Shown here: piece by piece, positions 11,801 through 23,939 of the stretch | How positions within the stretch are numbered: position 1 is the first letter of the stretch | Layout: every line of letters begins with the position of its first letter | Assembly: GCA_032718475.1 (NCBI GenBank) | Contig: JAUCBJ010006596.1 | Coordinates: forward strand, 1 to 64,000 | Origin: Nemertoderma westbladi | Taxonomy: Eukaryota > Animalia > Xenacoelomorpha | Direction: 5' to 3' | Length of the DNA: 64,000 nucleotides | Made by a program: the position numbers and the translations under genes | The notes under the pieces: model-generated | What the model was told of the DNA's origin: nothing | What the model saw: only the letters and a program-made list of their open reading frames with translations | Databases searched by the model: none

Positions 11801-14800
11801 GAGTAGAGGATTGTTTCCTGGAATGTCGAGTCGTGCACGTTTTGTCGGCGAGGACAAGAGTAGAGGATTGTTTCCTGAAATGTCGAGTCGTGCACGTTTT
11901 GTCGGCGAGGACAAGAGTAGAGGATTGTTTCCTGGAATGTCGAGTCGTGCACGTTTTTTCGGCGAGGCAAGAGTAGAGGATTGTTTCCTGGAATGTCGAG
12001 TCGTGCACGTTTTGTCGGCGAGGACAAGAGTAGAGGATTGTTTCCTGGAATGTCAAGTCGTGCACGTTTTGTCGGCGAGGACAAGAGTAGAGGATTGTTT
12101 CCTGGAATGTCGAGTCGTGCACGTTTTGTCGGCGAGGACAAGAGTAGAGGATTGTTTCCTGGAATGTCGAGTCGTGCACGTTTTGTCGGCGAGGACAAGA
12201 GTAGAGGATTGTTTCCTGGAATGTCGAGTCGTGCACGTTTTGTCGGCGAGGACAAGAGTAGAGGATTGTTTCCTGGAATGTCGAGTCGTGCATGTTTTGT
12301 CGGCGAGGACAAGAGTAGAGGATTGTTTCCTGGAATGTCGAGTCGTGCACGTTTTGTTGGCGAGGACAAGAGTAGAGGATTGTTTCCTGGAATGTCGAGT
12401 CGTGCACGTTTTGTCAGCGAGGACAAGAGTAGAGGATTGTTTCCTGGAATGTCGAGTCGTGCACGTTTTGTCGGCGAGGACAAGAGTAGAGGATTGTTTC
12501 CTGGAATGTCAAGTCATGCACGTTTTGTCGGCGAGGACAAGCGTAGAGGATTGTTTCCTGGAATGTCGAGTCGTGCACGTTTTGTCGGCGAGGACAAGAG
12601 TAGAGGATTGTTTCCTGGAATGTCGAGTCGTGCACGTTTTGTCGGCGAGGACAAGAGTAGAGGATTGTTTCCTGGAATATCGAGTCGTGCACGTTTTGTC
12701 GGCAAGGACAAGAGTAGAGGATTGTTTCCTGGAATGTCGAGTCGTGCACGTTTTGTCGGCGAGGACAAGAGTAGAGTATTGTTTCCTGGAATGTCGAGTC
12801 GTGCACGTTTTGTCGGCGAGGACAAGAGTAGAGGATTGTTTCCTGGAATGTCGAGTCGTGCACGTTTTGTCGGCAAGGACAAGAGTAGAGGATTGTTTCC
12901 TGGAATGTCAAGTCGTGCACGTTTTGTCGGCGAGGACAAGAGTAGAGGATTGTTTCCTAGAATGTCGAGTCGTGCACGTTTTGTCGGCGAGGACAAGAGT
13001 AGAGGATTGTTTCCGGGAATGTCAAGTCGTGCACGTTTTGTCGGCGAGGACAAGAGTAGAGGATTGTTTCCTGGAATGTCGAGTCGTGCACGTTTTGTCG
13101 GCGAGGACAAGAGTAGAGGATTGTTTCCTGGAATGTTGAGTCGTGCACGTTTTGTCGGCGAGGACAAGAGTAGAGGATTGTTTCCTGGAATGTTGAGTCG
13201 TGCACATTTTGTCGGCGAGGACAAGAGTAGAGGATTGTTTCCTGGAATGTCGAGTCGTGCACATTTTGTCGGCGAGGACAAGAGTAGAGGATAGTTTCCT
13301 GGAATGTCGAGTCGTGCACGTTTTGTCGGCGAGGACAAGAGTAGAGGATTGTTTCCTGGAATGTCGAGTCGTGCACGTTTTGTCGGCGAGGACAAGAGTA
13401 GAGGATTGTTTCCTGGAATGTCGAGTCATGCACGTTTTGTCGGCGAGGACAAGAGTAGAGGATTGTTTCCTGGAATGTCGAGTCGTGCACGTTTTGTCGG
13501 CGAGGACAAGAGTAGAGGATTGTTTCCTGGAATGTTGAGTCGTGCACGTTTTGTCGGCGAGGACAAGAGTAGAGGATTGTTTCCTGGAATGTCGAGTCAT
13601 GCACGTTTTGTCGGCGAGGACAAGAGTAGAGGATTGTTTCCTGGAATGTCGAGTCGTGCACGTTTTGTCGGCGAGGACAAGAGTAGAGGATTGTTTCCTG
13701 GAATGTCGAGTCGTGCACATTTTGTCGGCGAGGACAAGAGTAGAGGATAGTTTCCTGGAATGTCGAGTCGTGCACGTTTTGTCGGCGAGGACAAGAGTAG
13801 AGGATTGTTTCCTGGAATGTCGAGTCGTGCACGTTTTGTCGGCGAGGACAAGAGTAGAGGATTGTTTCCTGGAATGTCGAGTCATGCACGTTTTGTCGGC
13901 GAGGACAAGAGTAGAGGATTGTTTCCTGGAATGTCGAGTCGTGCACGTTTTGTCGGCGAGGACAAGAGTAGAGGATTGTTTCATGGAATGTCGAGTCGTG
14001 CACGTTTTGTCGGCGAGGACAAGAGTAGAGGATTGTTTCCTGGAATGTCGAGTCATGCACGTTTTGTCGGCGAGGACAAGAGTAGAGGATTGTTTCCTGG
14101 AATGTTGAGTCGTGCACGTTTTGTCGGTGAGGACAAGAGTAGAGGATTGTTTCCTGGAATGTCAAGTCGTGCACGTTTTGTCGGCGAGGACAAGAGTAGA
14201 GGATTGTTTCCTGGAATGTCGAGTCGTGCACGTTTTGTCGGCGAGGACAAGAGTAGAGGATTGTTTCCTGGAATGTTGAGTCGTGCACGTTTTGTCGGCG
14301 AGGACAAGAGTAGAGGATTGTTTCCTGGAATGTCGAGTCATGCACGTTTTGTCGGCGAGGACAAGAGTAGAGGATTGTTTCCTGGAATGTCGAGTCGTGC
14401 ACGTTTTGTCGGCGAGGACAAGAGTAGAGGATTGTTTCCTGGAATGTCGAGTCATGCACGTTTTGTCGGCGAGGACAAGAGTAGAGGATTGTTTCCTGGA
14501 ATGTCGAGTCGTGCACGTTTTGTCGGCGAGGACAAGAGTAGAGGATTGTTTCCTGGAATGTCGAGTCATGCACGTTTTGTCGGCGAGGACAAGAGTAGAG
14601 GTTTGTTTCCTGGAATGTCGAGTCGTGCACGTTATGTCGGCGAGGACAAGAGTAGAGGATTGTTTCCTGGAATGTCGAGTCGTGCACGTTTTAAATGGAC
14701 TAAAATCAAAGAAATTGAATAAATCTACGGCTGCTAAAGCAGCTAAAAAGGCTAGGCCTAATTATAACACAATGGTGTATTTCTTGTAAGAATTTAATAT

Positions 14801-15772
14801 TCATTACTTTATTTGTTTTATGTTTTTTCTGTTAATTTTTCGGTAGTGAGATTCGTAGTAAGTCATTGAAGGAGATACTTCAAGTGTTGGTAGACTTGGG
14901 TATTTGTGAAATTTCACATTTCCTCGGAGTTACGCATGTTTCTTTTAATTTTGTCTTTTTTCTTACTCTCAATGTAGTGATGAAATGTAGATGAAATATA
15001 CTGTATGGAAGTTGTACATATTCCATTTTTGATTATTATCAATATTTCTAATTGGAGTAATAGTTATGGAAATTAAAAGTAATTTTTATATACTAATCTG
15101 TAAGTGTATTCTATTTTGCAGTATTTAAAATTGATAGATTTTTTTTAAATCGAAGTTTTTTTGAATTGAAGTTTACAAATGTTAGAACTGCAGTGATATT
15201 TTTTGATATAATAATCTTTAATAAATTTATGTAGCGTAGGTGTGTTGGCTTTTGCTAATTAATTTATCGAAATATGTTTTGATCTAACGCAGATTTTTTG
15301 ATCTTGATAGTTTTTTATTTTTTATAAATAGAAGTAACTTTTATTGGAAAGACTCTTAATTTGAAAATTTTTAAATTTCCATGTTTGTGTGTTTCTATTT
15401 TTTTATTTATTATATCATGTCTATTATTTGTGGAATTTCTTATATGGTCATGTACTTTTGAAAAATATATTTTATTTTAAATAAATTTTTTTCAGAGATT
15501 TGACATCATCGATGATGTTTATTGTTATAAATCATGGCCACGAGCAGAGCCGCAATTTATTTCAACCCAATGTGGGCGTGGGAACTAAGATCCGATTGTA
15601 CGAGCCTGCATTTAGAGGCGATAACTCCCACAAACTACCGATATTAGTAGTGGTTATGAGGCCTGTCCGTATTATTATGACCATGCAACCTCTTCCTGAA
15701 GTACCTATAACCGCTTTGGTGGAAAAGATGACACCCTTTAGTGTCCATGTTGAACATCTAGTATTGCGAGGT
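5847..15772 (+). pseudogene. Family X exons 1-2 (5847-14785, 15496-15772); exon 1 carries the 57-bp expansion
   Basis: With the array collapsed to one unit: MAAIIGLADVLSARTRVEDCFLECRVVHVLNGLKSKKLNKSTAAKAAKKARPNYNTMVYF-L (TT|gtaag 14786 ... ttttcag|A 15496) DLTSSMMFIVINHGHEQSRNLFQPNVGVGTKIRLYEP...KLPILVV...LVLRG|gtaagt at 15773. Splice phases are compatible. Confidence 0.65.
5872..14692 (+). repeat. 57-bp tandem array, about 155 highly similar units, with higher-order structure
   Basis: Unit ACGTTTTGTCGGCGAGGACAAGAGTAGAGGATTGTTTCCTGGAATGTCGAGTCGTGC; 8814 bp between first and last ACGTTTT = 155x57 minus five 4-bp deletions and one 1-bp deletion. Confidence 0.97.
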
Positions 15773-16553
15773 GTAAGTTCAGTTAATTGTTGTACATTTC
15801 AATTTTAACTACATTATTAAAATATAAATTATTTTTATATTTATTTAATAACCATACTAATTACTATATAATTATAACTATATAATATTTAATATAAATT
15901 TTTATTAAATTTTTCAATGGATATTTTATATTTGAAGTTAAATTGAAGAAATATTAACATAAATATTTTATTTAAATTTTAGCTGTAAACAAAGGTAATT
16001 ATCAAATCGTATTTATTAGTCAAATGAGAGCGATTTTGTTAGTGTAGGACCTTCAAACAATATTATCATATGATAATAATAATTGCTATTTAATAAAAAA
16101 AAATTGTTACGAAATTTTACATGAACCATGGAAGTATATTTTTATTGTCATTTTCGAAACTATTTTACAGTTTTTTTTTTGATCATCGACATGAAATTTT
16201 ATTGGAAATTTTGACGCTTGTCGATATTACGATAGTTTGTCTGTTTCTCCGTTAGTATATTTTTGTTAAACTATATAAATATTTATCACCCTCTCCCCTA
16301 CCTCCCACCATTATTGTCGAGATACTTTATGTACGACTGTCCAGTTGCGAAAATGTTGAAGTATGTATGATTTTGGTGTATTATTTATGTACTAGTAGCC
16401 TCGCCTAACTTTTGAGATATGTGTGAATATACCCCTACTGTTACTGCTGTGGTAGATCCGAATACATTCCGTATTCGGTATGTATACGCATATTGTTGAT
16501 ATGTTTGACAAAATTAAATAAAATATGTCTAATAGAATCCACATAATCAAGAC

Positions 16554-16790
16554 ATGTTTGTTCATACACACGACAGTGCTATGGTGGTGCTGGTTGCACC
16601 TACTACCAGTACAAGTAAACCACATAATGGAGTCTACAGTATGTGCTTGGCTTCCCAGAGAGAGATAGACACTGGTTGGATGTGTACAATACAAGGCCGC
16701 TGTCCACTACGTCAAGATACAAAGAAGCAAGGTCTATGCAGCTATGCTTGAGGGCCAGATAATGTATGATAATGTACACCACAGAACTCA
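16554..16790 (+). pseudogene. Possible degenerate piggyBac C-terminal Cys-rich domain
   Basis: VAPTTSTSKP...MCLASQREIDTGWMC...C...GLC resembles the piggyBac CRD spacing; short and decayed. Confidence 0.3.
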
Positions 16791-17379
16791 TTATTTACAT
16801 GTTTGTTTGATTTAAACAAGAATGCAAATATAAAATATTAAAAAGTAGCATTCATATATTTTTTGTTAATTGTTTTCCGTAATGAAATACTTAGTTACGT
16901 CTGAATTTATTATTAATAGTACAATCCATTCTTGGCATCCAGAAAGTTTTCAACTACAAACAGCTTATGAATTCTAAATTAGCTAATTTGGTTACTAAGT
17001 TGGATTCATTGCATTTTTGTTTTTTTTTGTGTGCTTTGTAAGTTGCACATGTGTTCGCAACACAGTATTCTTTGTTTGTTGGGTGAAGAATTTTTTACCT
17101 TTCCATGGGACAACCTGTCTTGCCGCAGTATGTGATTCATGTTCATCAAGATTAGTCGTGGCTGTATCCAAGTGTGCTTGTTGTTCTCTGGCCTGTGGGT
17201 ATTCCGTTTTCTTTATGATTTCATAGTATTTTTTCCTCTTTTTGTTTACAAAGTCTTTGTAGTCCTTAAGTGATGTATATAAATCAATAGTCAATGGACC
17301 GCACAAGCTAAAGGCTCAAATACATTTTTGTCTGTCGGATTGTTTATAATGCCTGTCTTCAGTTTTCAACCACTTACTG

Positions 17380-18545
17380 TAGGTGGAGACACTGACAAAA
17401 AAAGAAAACGAATATTGACTAAAAGTACATGTGGTGTTCTGTATAGAACAAACACCAGTGTACGGAAATCAGCAATGATAAAAGCAGCGACATTAAATCA
17501 ATTGACTGATTCTACATCAAATATATCTCCTGGTACTTCGGGTACGATATTATCAAAAAGTACAATTCATAGAGAACGCGCAAGGCAACGAGCTGATTTT
17601 TCTAAAGAGATTAAGGATTCATTTATTCCTACGAAATCCTTCATTCACTGGGATGGTAAATTGCTTCCTGATAACAGCAAAGGACAAACATGGTCAGTGG
17701 ATCGCTTAGCCATAGCAGTAACCTCAATTTCCAATGGATCCACTAAACTTTTAGGTATTCCAAAACTTAGATCTGGAGAAGGTGTATCGATGGCTGAAGC
17801 TGTTGTTGATAATATGGCATCATGGAATCTAAACAATGATGTTGTGGCCATGAGTTATGACACTACTAATAGCAACACTGGCAGACATAAAGGTGCTGCA
17901 ATGATAATTGAGAAGGAACTAAAGAAGGATATACTATGGCTGTCGTGTAGACATCACATGTACAAAGTATTATTGGGGGATGTGTTCGTTGTGTTTTGGA
18001 CCATCGAGCGGGCCTGATGTCGCATTGTTTAAACGAATAAAAGAATGTTGGCCAATCCTCAATAAGGCCAAACGTGACGGCACACCTTTAGCATCAGCAA
18101 CTCATGATGTGATAGCTTTCATTTCTGAGCAACTTAGCTTAGAGTATCCATGAGAGGATTATCGCGAATTTTAGCAGCTAGCAGCATGGTTTACTGGCAT
18201 TTCTCGTGATTTCGTTATTCGAAAACCTGGAGCAATGCACCATATGCCCGTTGGATGGCAAAGGCCATATATACACTTAAATGAGAAATATTATATGATG
18301 GAATCGGAATTACTAGCTGTGCAAAGATTTAACCGATTTGTTATAGCAATATACTTGAAGGCATGGTTCTCTTGTAGAATCTCATCGGATGCTCCCTTGA
18401 ATGACATTAATGTCATTCAACTACTCAATGACTATGATGATCCACAAATCAAAGAAGCAGAATTAAGGACAATGTTGCGGCATTCATGGTACTTAACCCC
18501 CGAGCTCTCTGCCCTTATTCTCTTCTCCAGTACAAACCGTCTTGC
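17380..18545 (+). pseudogene. hAT-superfamily (hATm-like) transposase fragment
   Basis: IHWDGKLLP, DRLAI, LLGIPKL, YDTTNSNTG, LWLSCRHH, PGAMHH, RHSWYL motifs with stops and frameshifts; cut by the Penelope-like element. Confidence 0.8.
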
Positions 18546-20181
18546 TGAACAATTGAACAGTTGTCAAACCGAACAAGCCCTGCGGGAACGACTGTCAAAA
18601 CACAGGTCGACCATGAGGGCTTACAGAAGGGAAGCTGAACCGGATGTAGGCGACAACGTCGAGTACATCCTTCTTGAGCATTTCCTGTCTTGCCCAATAT
18701 CGAACCTGAGAGTGACGGCTTTCCGGAGGTTCAGGGATGACTCGAGTAGGATCCATGCCGAGGCAAATTACATATACAGGTTTAAACCGCCATGGAATGC
18801 GTCTAAACCCGCAATTTGAAACCCCATATAATTACCGAGCGGTTCCGCTCTTATTTGGTGGCGAAACTATTACATCAATCATATAAACTGATTTACATGT
18901 AATATAAAGTAAGCGCATATGTGATTACGTATTTTTGGGAACAAAAAAACCAATTATAAAGTTTCGGGGCTGTGTATTGTGAATTTATTTAGACTTTAAT
19001 ACCCGGTGACGGGAATCTGTTTTTGGCGATATTTTACATTCTTGTTTGATCATTTACTTTATATTTATAAGGTTGTTAAAATTATATTGAATTTAGTTTA
19101 AAGGAATGTAGCTCGTAAGTAAACGTCACATTAGTAAACTGTTACGTACATATATTTTTTGAACCCTAATGTACCTTATGGTACAGTAGAAATACGCTCA
19201 TTTACTACATATTTTGCGTCTAAGCAACATATTTGATAACCCTACGTTGGGTGAGTCGGCAAGTATATTAATTATATATGAAATATTTAATATGAAATTT
19301 GTGCGGGATATTATACTTCCTGGTTCAGTTATTTACTGTATATTGCTATGTATTTGTATGTGTTGTAAATATTTCTATTAGAAATTAGTTTAAAGGTTTC
19401 AGTTTAAGTTCTTTAAACATATTATATAAAAATTCGTAGGAGATATTTAATTTACTTTATTTTGTTTTGCTCCTCAATGAGTGTAAAGAATGTTTCATGT
19501 TACATACTGTATATTTTCATTTATTTTGGTGCCAATACTAATTAAATGTGGGAATCGATTTTGGAAATCTTTACGGATATAATACGTAGGTTGTCACATT
19601 TAGTAACTATGGTGCGGCTTGTACTACGCACAGGTTGTAGGCCCTATTGTGTATTTTTGTACAGTAGAAATACGCTCATTTACTATAGCCCCCACGAACG
19701 TGTTGGGTATAACCAGCCAGCATAAGTATAATTTCTTTAGTTTAGGATTACACGTTATAGAACTAATAACGAAATAATACATACTGTATAGGTGTTTGGG
19801 TTTGGGTCTCTTTCCCTGGGGTGTCATTAATAAAGGTGCACGTTTGTTTAATGTTGTTTATTTGCAACTATTGTTTTGAATGGATCTGTTTAGGCAATTT
19901 GCTGTCACGTATATGTAATATAAAGAAGGATAGGCCCTAAAAACTACAAACTACGCGTAGTTACAAGGGTGGGGACCTTGGGCAGCACCCCACCCCGGGG
20001 TCCTGTACCGGTCCGGTACCTAGACCAGTACTACATGACCACTGTGGTGTAGTTGGTTGCGGTTACGGGTTTTTTGTAGTACTTACCTAGGCCTATTTTT
20101 GTATTTTTTTATTGTAACATGTAAGTAAATATAAGCAACTGTATGTAGTCGGTGTGGTTTCCGTCTGTTTTGTTTGATTTA

Positions 20182-20220
20182 TATCCTGAAGATGGCCCTA
20201 GTGGCAGAAATTAATTGATA
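20182..20220 (+). ncRNA. Minimal type I hammerhead ribozyme motif of the PLE
   Basis: TATC-CTGAAGA-TG-GCC-CTAGT-GGC-A-GAAA-TTAA-TT-GATA: stem I TATC/GATA, core CUGANGA/GAAA, palindromic loop III; basal stem II pair is a G-A mismatch. Confidence 0.7.
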
Positions 20221-20301
20221 ATAAAGAACCTGTTTGTTTTCTCATTAAGTCACCAGGGCTGTAATAACTCCAAAAAGAAAACCTATATTTCCTATATTAC
20301 A

Positions 20302-23300
20302 ATGAATGCCCTAAAATCGGCTTGCCGCCGACTGAATGTTTTCAACATACCTACCGGAGTACGATGCGGCATCCGTAATTTATTTGTAGTCAAACAGAAG
20401 ATGGTTAGGATCCCACTCCAAATTCAGTACATGAAGCAATGTAAAACTCTGTCTGTAGTACCGGCCTACCTTAGGGCAACTTATCTCAGAGGTAGTAAGA
20501 GCTATGCTGATTTAGCTTTGACCTTCATTAAGAAAATGTTGTCTAGGGATATAAATAACTACTATAAACGGGAACGGGATATGTACAGAGTGTGGGGTTA
20601 CGAGTACAACTACTTTACGCGGTGGATACAGAGTAATATCCAGAACGGAACGCCGGGAGCTGACTGGGAAACTTTATTCCAATACGTGTTACGAGGGTTG
20701 GCCCGAATAGGGAAAGCAGAGAAGATGGAACGTGGTTGCATATTGGGTCGCAAGATGGAGGATAGTACTGAGTGGAGCAGAAGACAAAGGGACGAACGTG
20801 AGATACCAAGGTGGGCAGTACGGGAGCGGCTGGTGTTTAGACCGTTGGTTAAACGCACAGCGCGGGGGGCCCTGAAGGGGGGGGAGCCTACTAGGGGGAA
20901 AGCGGGTCTGGTAAATAACGTAGTGAACTTATCCTCTGTGGATATCACTGAGGAACAGAGGGAGATTTTAAGTTTGGGATTCGGTTACGTCCCGGTAAGG
21001 GAAAGGGGTTTAACGGATTTAATCGATGCGCACACCAGTGTATCTGAATTGGGATCCAAGTTAAGAAACGTTGTGCGTAGACGGGAGCGTTTAGAAGATA
21101 CGATACCGGTACAGGGAGGGGAGGCACGTATATTGACGGAACTGGGGTCGGAACAACGGGAAGTGTCCTTCGTCGCTACGCCGGAGAATGTGGGTTACGT
21201 TGTTCAACCAAGGAGGAGGGATAGAAATCGAGGGAGTGGGAGCGCATATATATGCGGTACCCGCATTAGTACTTTCCGGGGAAGGGACTTGTTTGAACCG
21301 AGGAGATTATTCGTCGACCAGGGAGCGCATCATATGGAGGACGAGGGGGGAGGTGGGGAGGACGGATCAGTCGACATCCTCTCATCAACACCAAATCAAA
21401 CCGGTATGGTAAGGAATATAACAAATATAGGAACGGGAAATGGGAATATAGGGGATATTTCGCCTGTATCGAGCAGAGATCAGCGTGGAGGGAGGTTAAA
21501 CTCCAACGTGGGTGTAGGGATACACGGGAAGCTCCGGTATAAGCAATTAGCCATTCCATATAAACAAAGATTCGTAGCACCTAGAGGGGATAATGTAGTC
21601 GTAGAGGAATTCATCAACGATCTACACAAAGCAGTGATAAAACCGGGAACGTCATTATCGTGGATACTCGCGTGAAGGAAGCGGAGCTAAAGATAATTTT
21701 AGCTGACGAATCAACTTATCGCAAACTGGAGTACGACCCAACGAGTAGATTTCGTGCCGACCTAATTAGGACTATTAAAGATATGAATATCAAAGATGAA
21801 TCGTTGAAACGTTATTTGGTACCCAGACATCCGTCTGAGGGATATATGTACCCCCTCTTCAAGGATCACAAAGAAGTCGACACCTGGTTGGACTGGGGCG
21901 ATGGAATCAAAGCACTGAAAGCGAGACCAATTATAGCTACGCGCGGAACTCTATCGGAACGTCCAGCGAAACTTTTGAACTCCATTATACAACCCCTCTT
22001 GGAACGTATGCCTCATTTCACTAAGGATTCCGCATCGGCCCGATCCTTCCTACCATCGGAACCATTGGAAAGCTCAACGTTTATGTCATTAGACGTCGTG
22101 GATATGTATCCGTCGGTGTCGCATGAAGTAGCCCTCGCCGCAGTGGACGCCGTGATAAGGGAAAATGAGGATTTATGCGAAGAAACTGGTTACTCGGTAC
22201 AACAAATAGCTTTATTATTAAAATACGTCATCGAGCATACGTATTTTTCTCACCAACGTTTATATTATGTTTTGATTAAGGGATTGGGGATGGGGGGACC
22301 GGCGGGTAAATCTATCGCCGTTATAGCGGTAGACCGCATCCATTCGCATGTTAATTTAATTTCCTTGTACAGCGCGTTATACTTCCGCACGTTCGTGGAT
22401 GACGGCCAAGGAATTTTCGCGGGACGGTTAACGGCGAGCGAGAAGGAAGATATAAAGGAACGTTACAATGCCGGTTGTCGTAATGTATTTGGGACTCCGG
22501 GAATAGCCTTTACAGTTGAATTTTCGACGGAACGAGCAGTTTTCCTGGATTTGGAGTTATCTAGGAACGTGGACGGCCGAATTACCACTGGGGTGCATTT
22601 TAAACCCTTGTCGAGGAAATTACCGATTCCGTACTCGAGTTTCCATAGTGCAAGGATGTTGGAGGCGGTAGTGTCGGGCCAATTGCAAAGATACGTCAGA
22701 CTCACGGGAGGGGGGGAGGCGTTGAATATAGCCGTTGACAGATATCTGACAGATTGTTTGATTTCGGGTTATCCACGGGCACTGTTGGAAAGGTTAAGGA
22801 GACTGGTGGTAGATGGGAAGTTTAAACCCGGGGCGGGGAGGTGTAGGGTGGAAAAGAAACGGGACATGGACGTCTCATATTTCTCGATGGACATGCGCTA
22901 TGCAGGACCAGCGAGGAATACCATTAGACAGCGGAGGCACTAAATAGGGAGGGTTTTAGCATCACTATGACACCGACGCCCAGTAGAAACTTGGGTAATA
23001 TGTTAGTAGAAAAAAGGGGGGGACGGGGAACCGACCGTGTGGGAGGGCTAGATGTTTAACATGTAATGCAATGAGGGACTTTAAAGAAACTCCGTGGGGG
23101 GAGGGGATTACAGGGTCTTTCAATTGTGTATCGGTTAACGTTCTTTAATTTTAACGTGTACAGCTCACGGTGAAGGTTTCTACATCGGTCAAACCGAGCA
23201 AGCCCTGCGGGAACGACTGTCAAAACACAGGTCGACCATGAGGGCTTACAGAAGGGAAGCTGAACCGGATGTAGGCGACAACGTCGAGTACATCCTTCTT

Positions 23301-23444
23301 GAGCATTTCCTGTCTTGCCCAATATCGAACCTGAGAGTGACGGCTTTCCGGAGGTTCAGGGATGACTCGAGTAGGATCCATGCCGAGGCAAATTACATAT
23401 ACAGGTTTAAACCGCCATGGAATGCGTCTAAACCCGCAATTTGA
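20302..23444 (+). pseudogene. Penelope-like RT + Cys linker + C-terminal GIY-YIG endonuclease (frameshifted)
   Basis: VVNLSSVDITEEQREILSLG; RT motifs SLDVVDMYPSV, GLGMGGP, FRTFVDDG; linker PCGRARCLTC...FNCVSVNVL; FYIGQTEQALRERLSKH...EANYIYRFKPPWN. Frame breaks near 21645, 22930, 23030 and 23148. Confidence 0.92.
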
Positions 23445-23939
23445 AACCCCATATAATTACCGAGCGGTTCCGCTCTTATTTGGTGGCGAAACTATTACAT
23501 CAATCATATAAACTGATTTACATGTAATATAAAGTAAGCGCATATGTGATTACGTATTTTTGGGAACAAAAAAACCAATTATAAAGTTTCGGGGCTGTGT
23601 ATTGTGAATTTATTTAGACTTTAATACCCGGTGACGGGAATCTGTTTTTGGCGATATTTTACATTCTTGTTTGATCATTTACTTTATATTTATAAGGTTG
23701 TAAAAATTATATTGAATTTAGTTTAAAGGAATGTAACTCGTAAGTAAACGTCACATTAGTAAACTAGTACAGCATACATACTACGTACATATATTTTTTG
23801 AACCCTAATGTATCTTATGTTACAGTAGAAATACGCTCATTTACTACATATTTTGCGTCTAAGCAACATATTGGTTAACCCTACGTTGGGTGATTCGGCA
23901 AGTATATTAATTATATATAAAATATTTAATATGTTAATA

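Noticed and set aside
5503-14789. Dozens of long repetitive ORFs (up to 1230 aa) on both strands
   Set aside because: Consequence of a 57-bp unit lacking stops in most frames; only the frame continuous with the flanking exon is meaningful.
16995-17306. 103-aa minus-strand ORF
   Set aside because: Lys-rich, no recognisable motif; not supportable.
18235-18819. hAT-GIY-YIG fusion ORF
   Set aside because: Chance junction of a dead transposase with a 5'-truncated PLE lacking the start of the nuclease.
20302-23444. Naiad-type selenoprotein PLE
   Set aside because: GIY-YIG is C-terminal and the breaks are frameshifts, not in-frame TGA at Cys positions.
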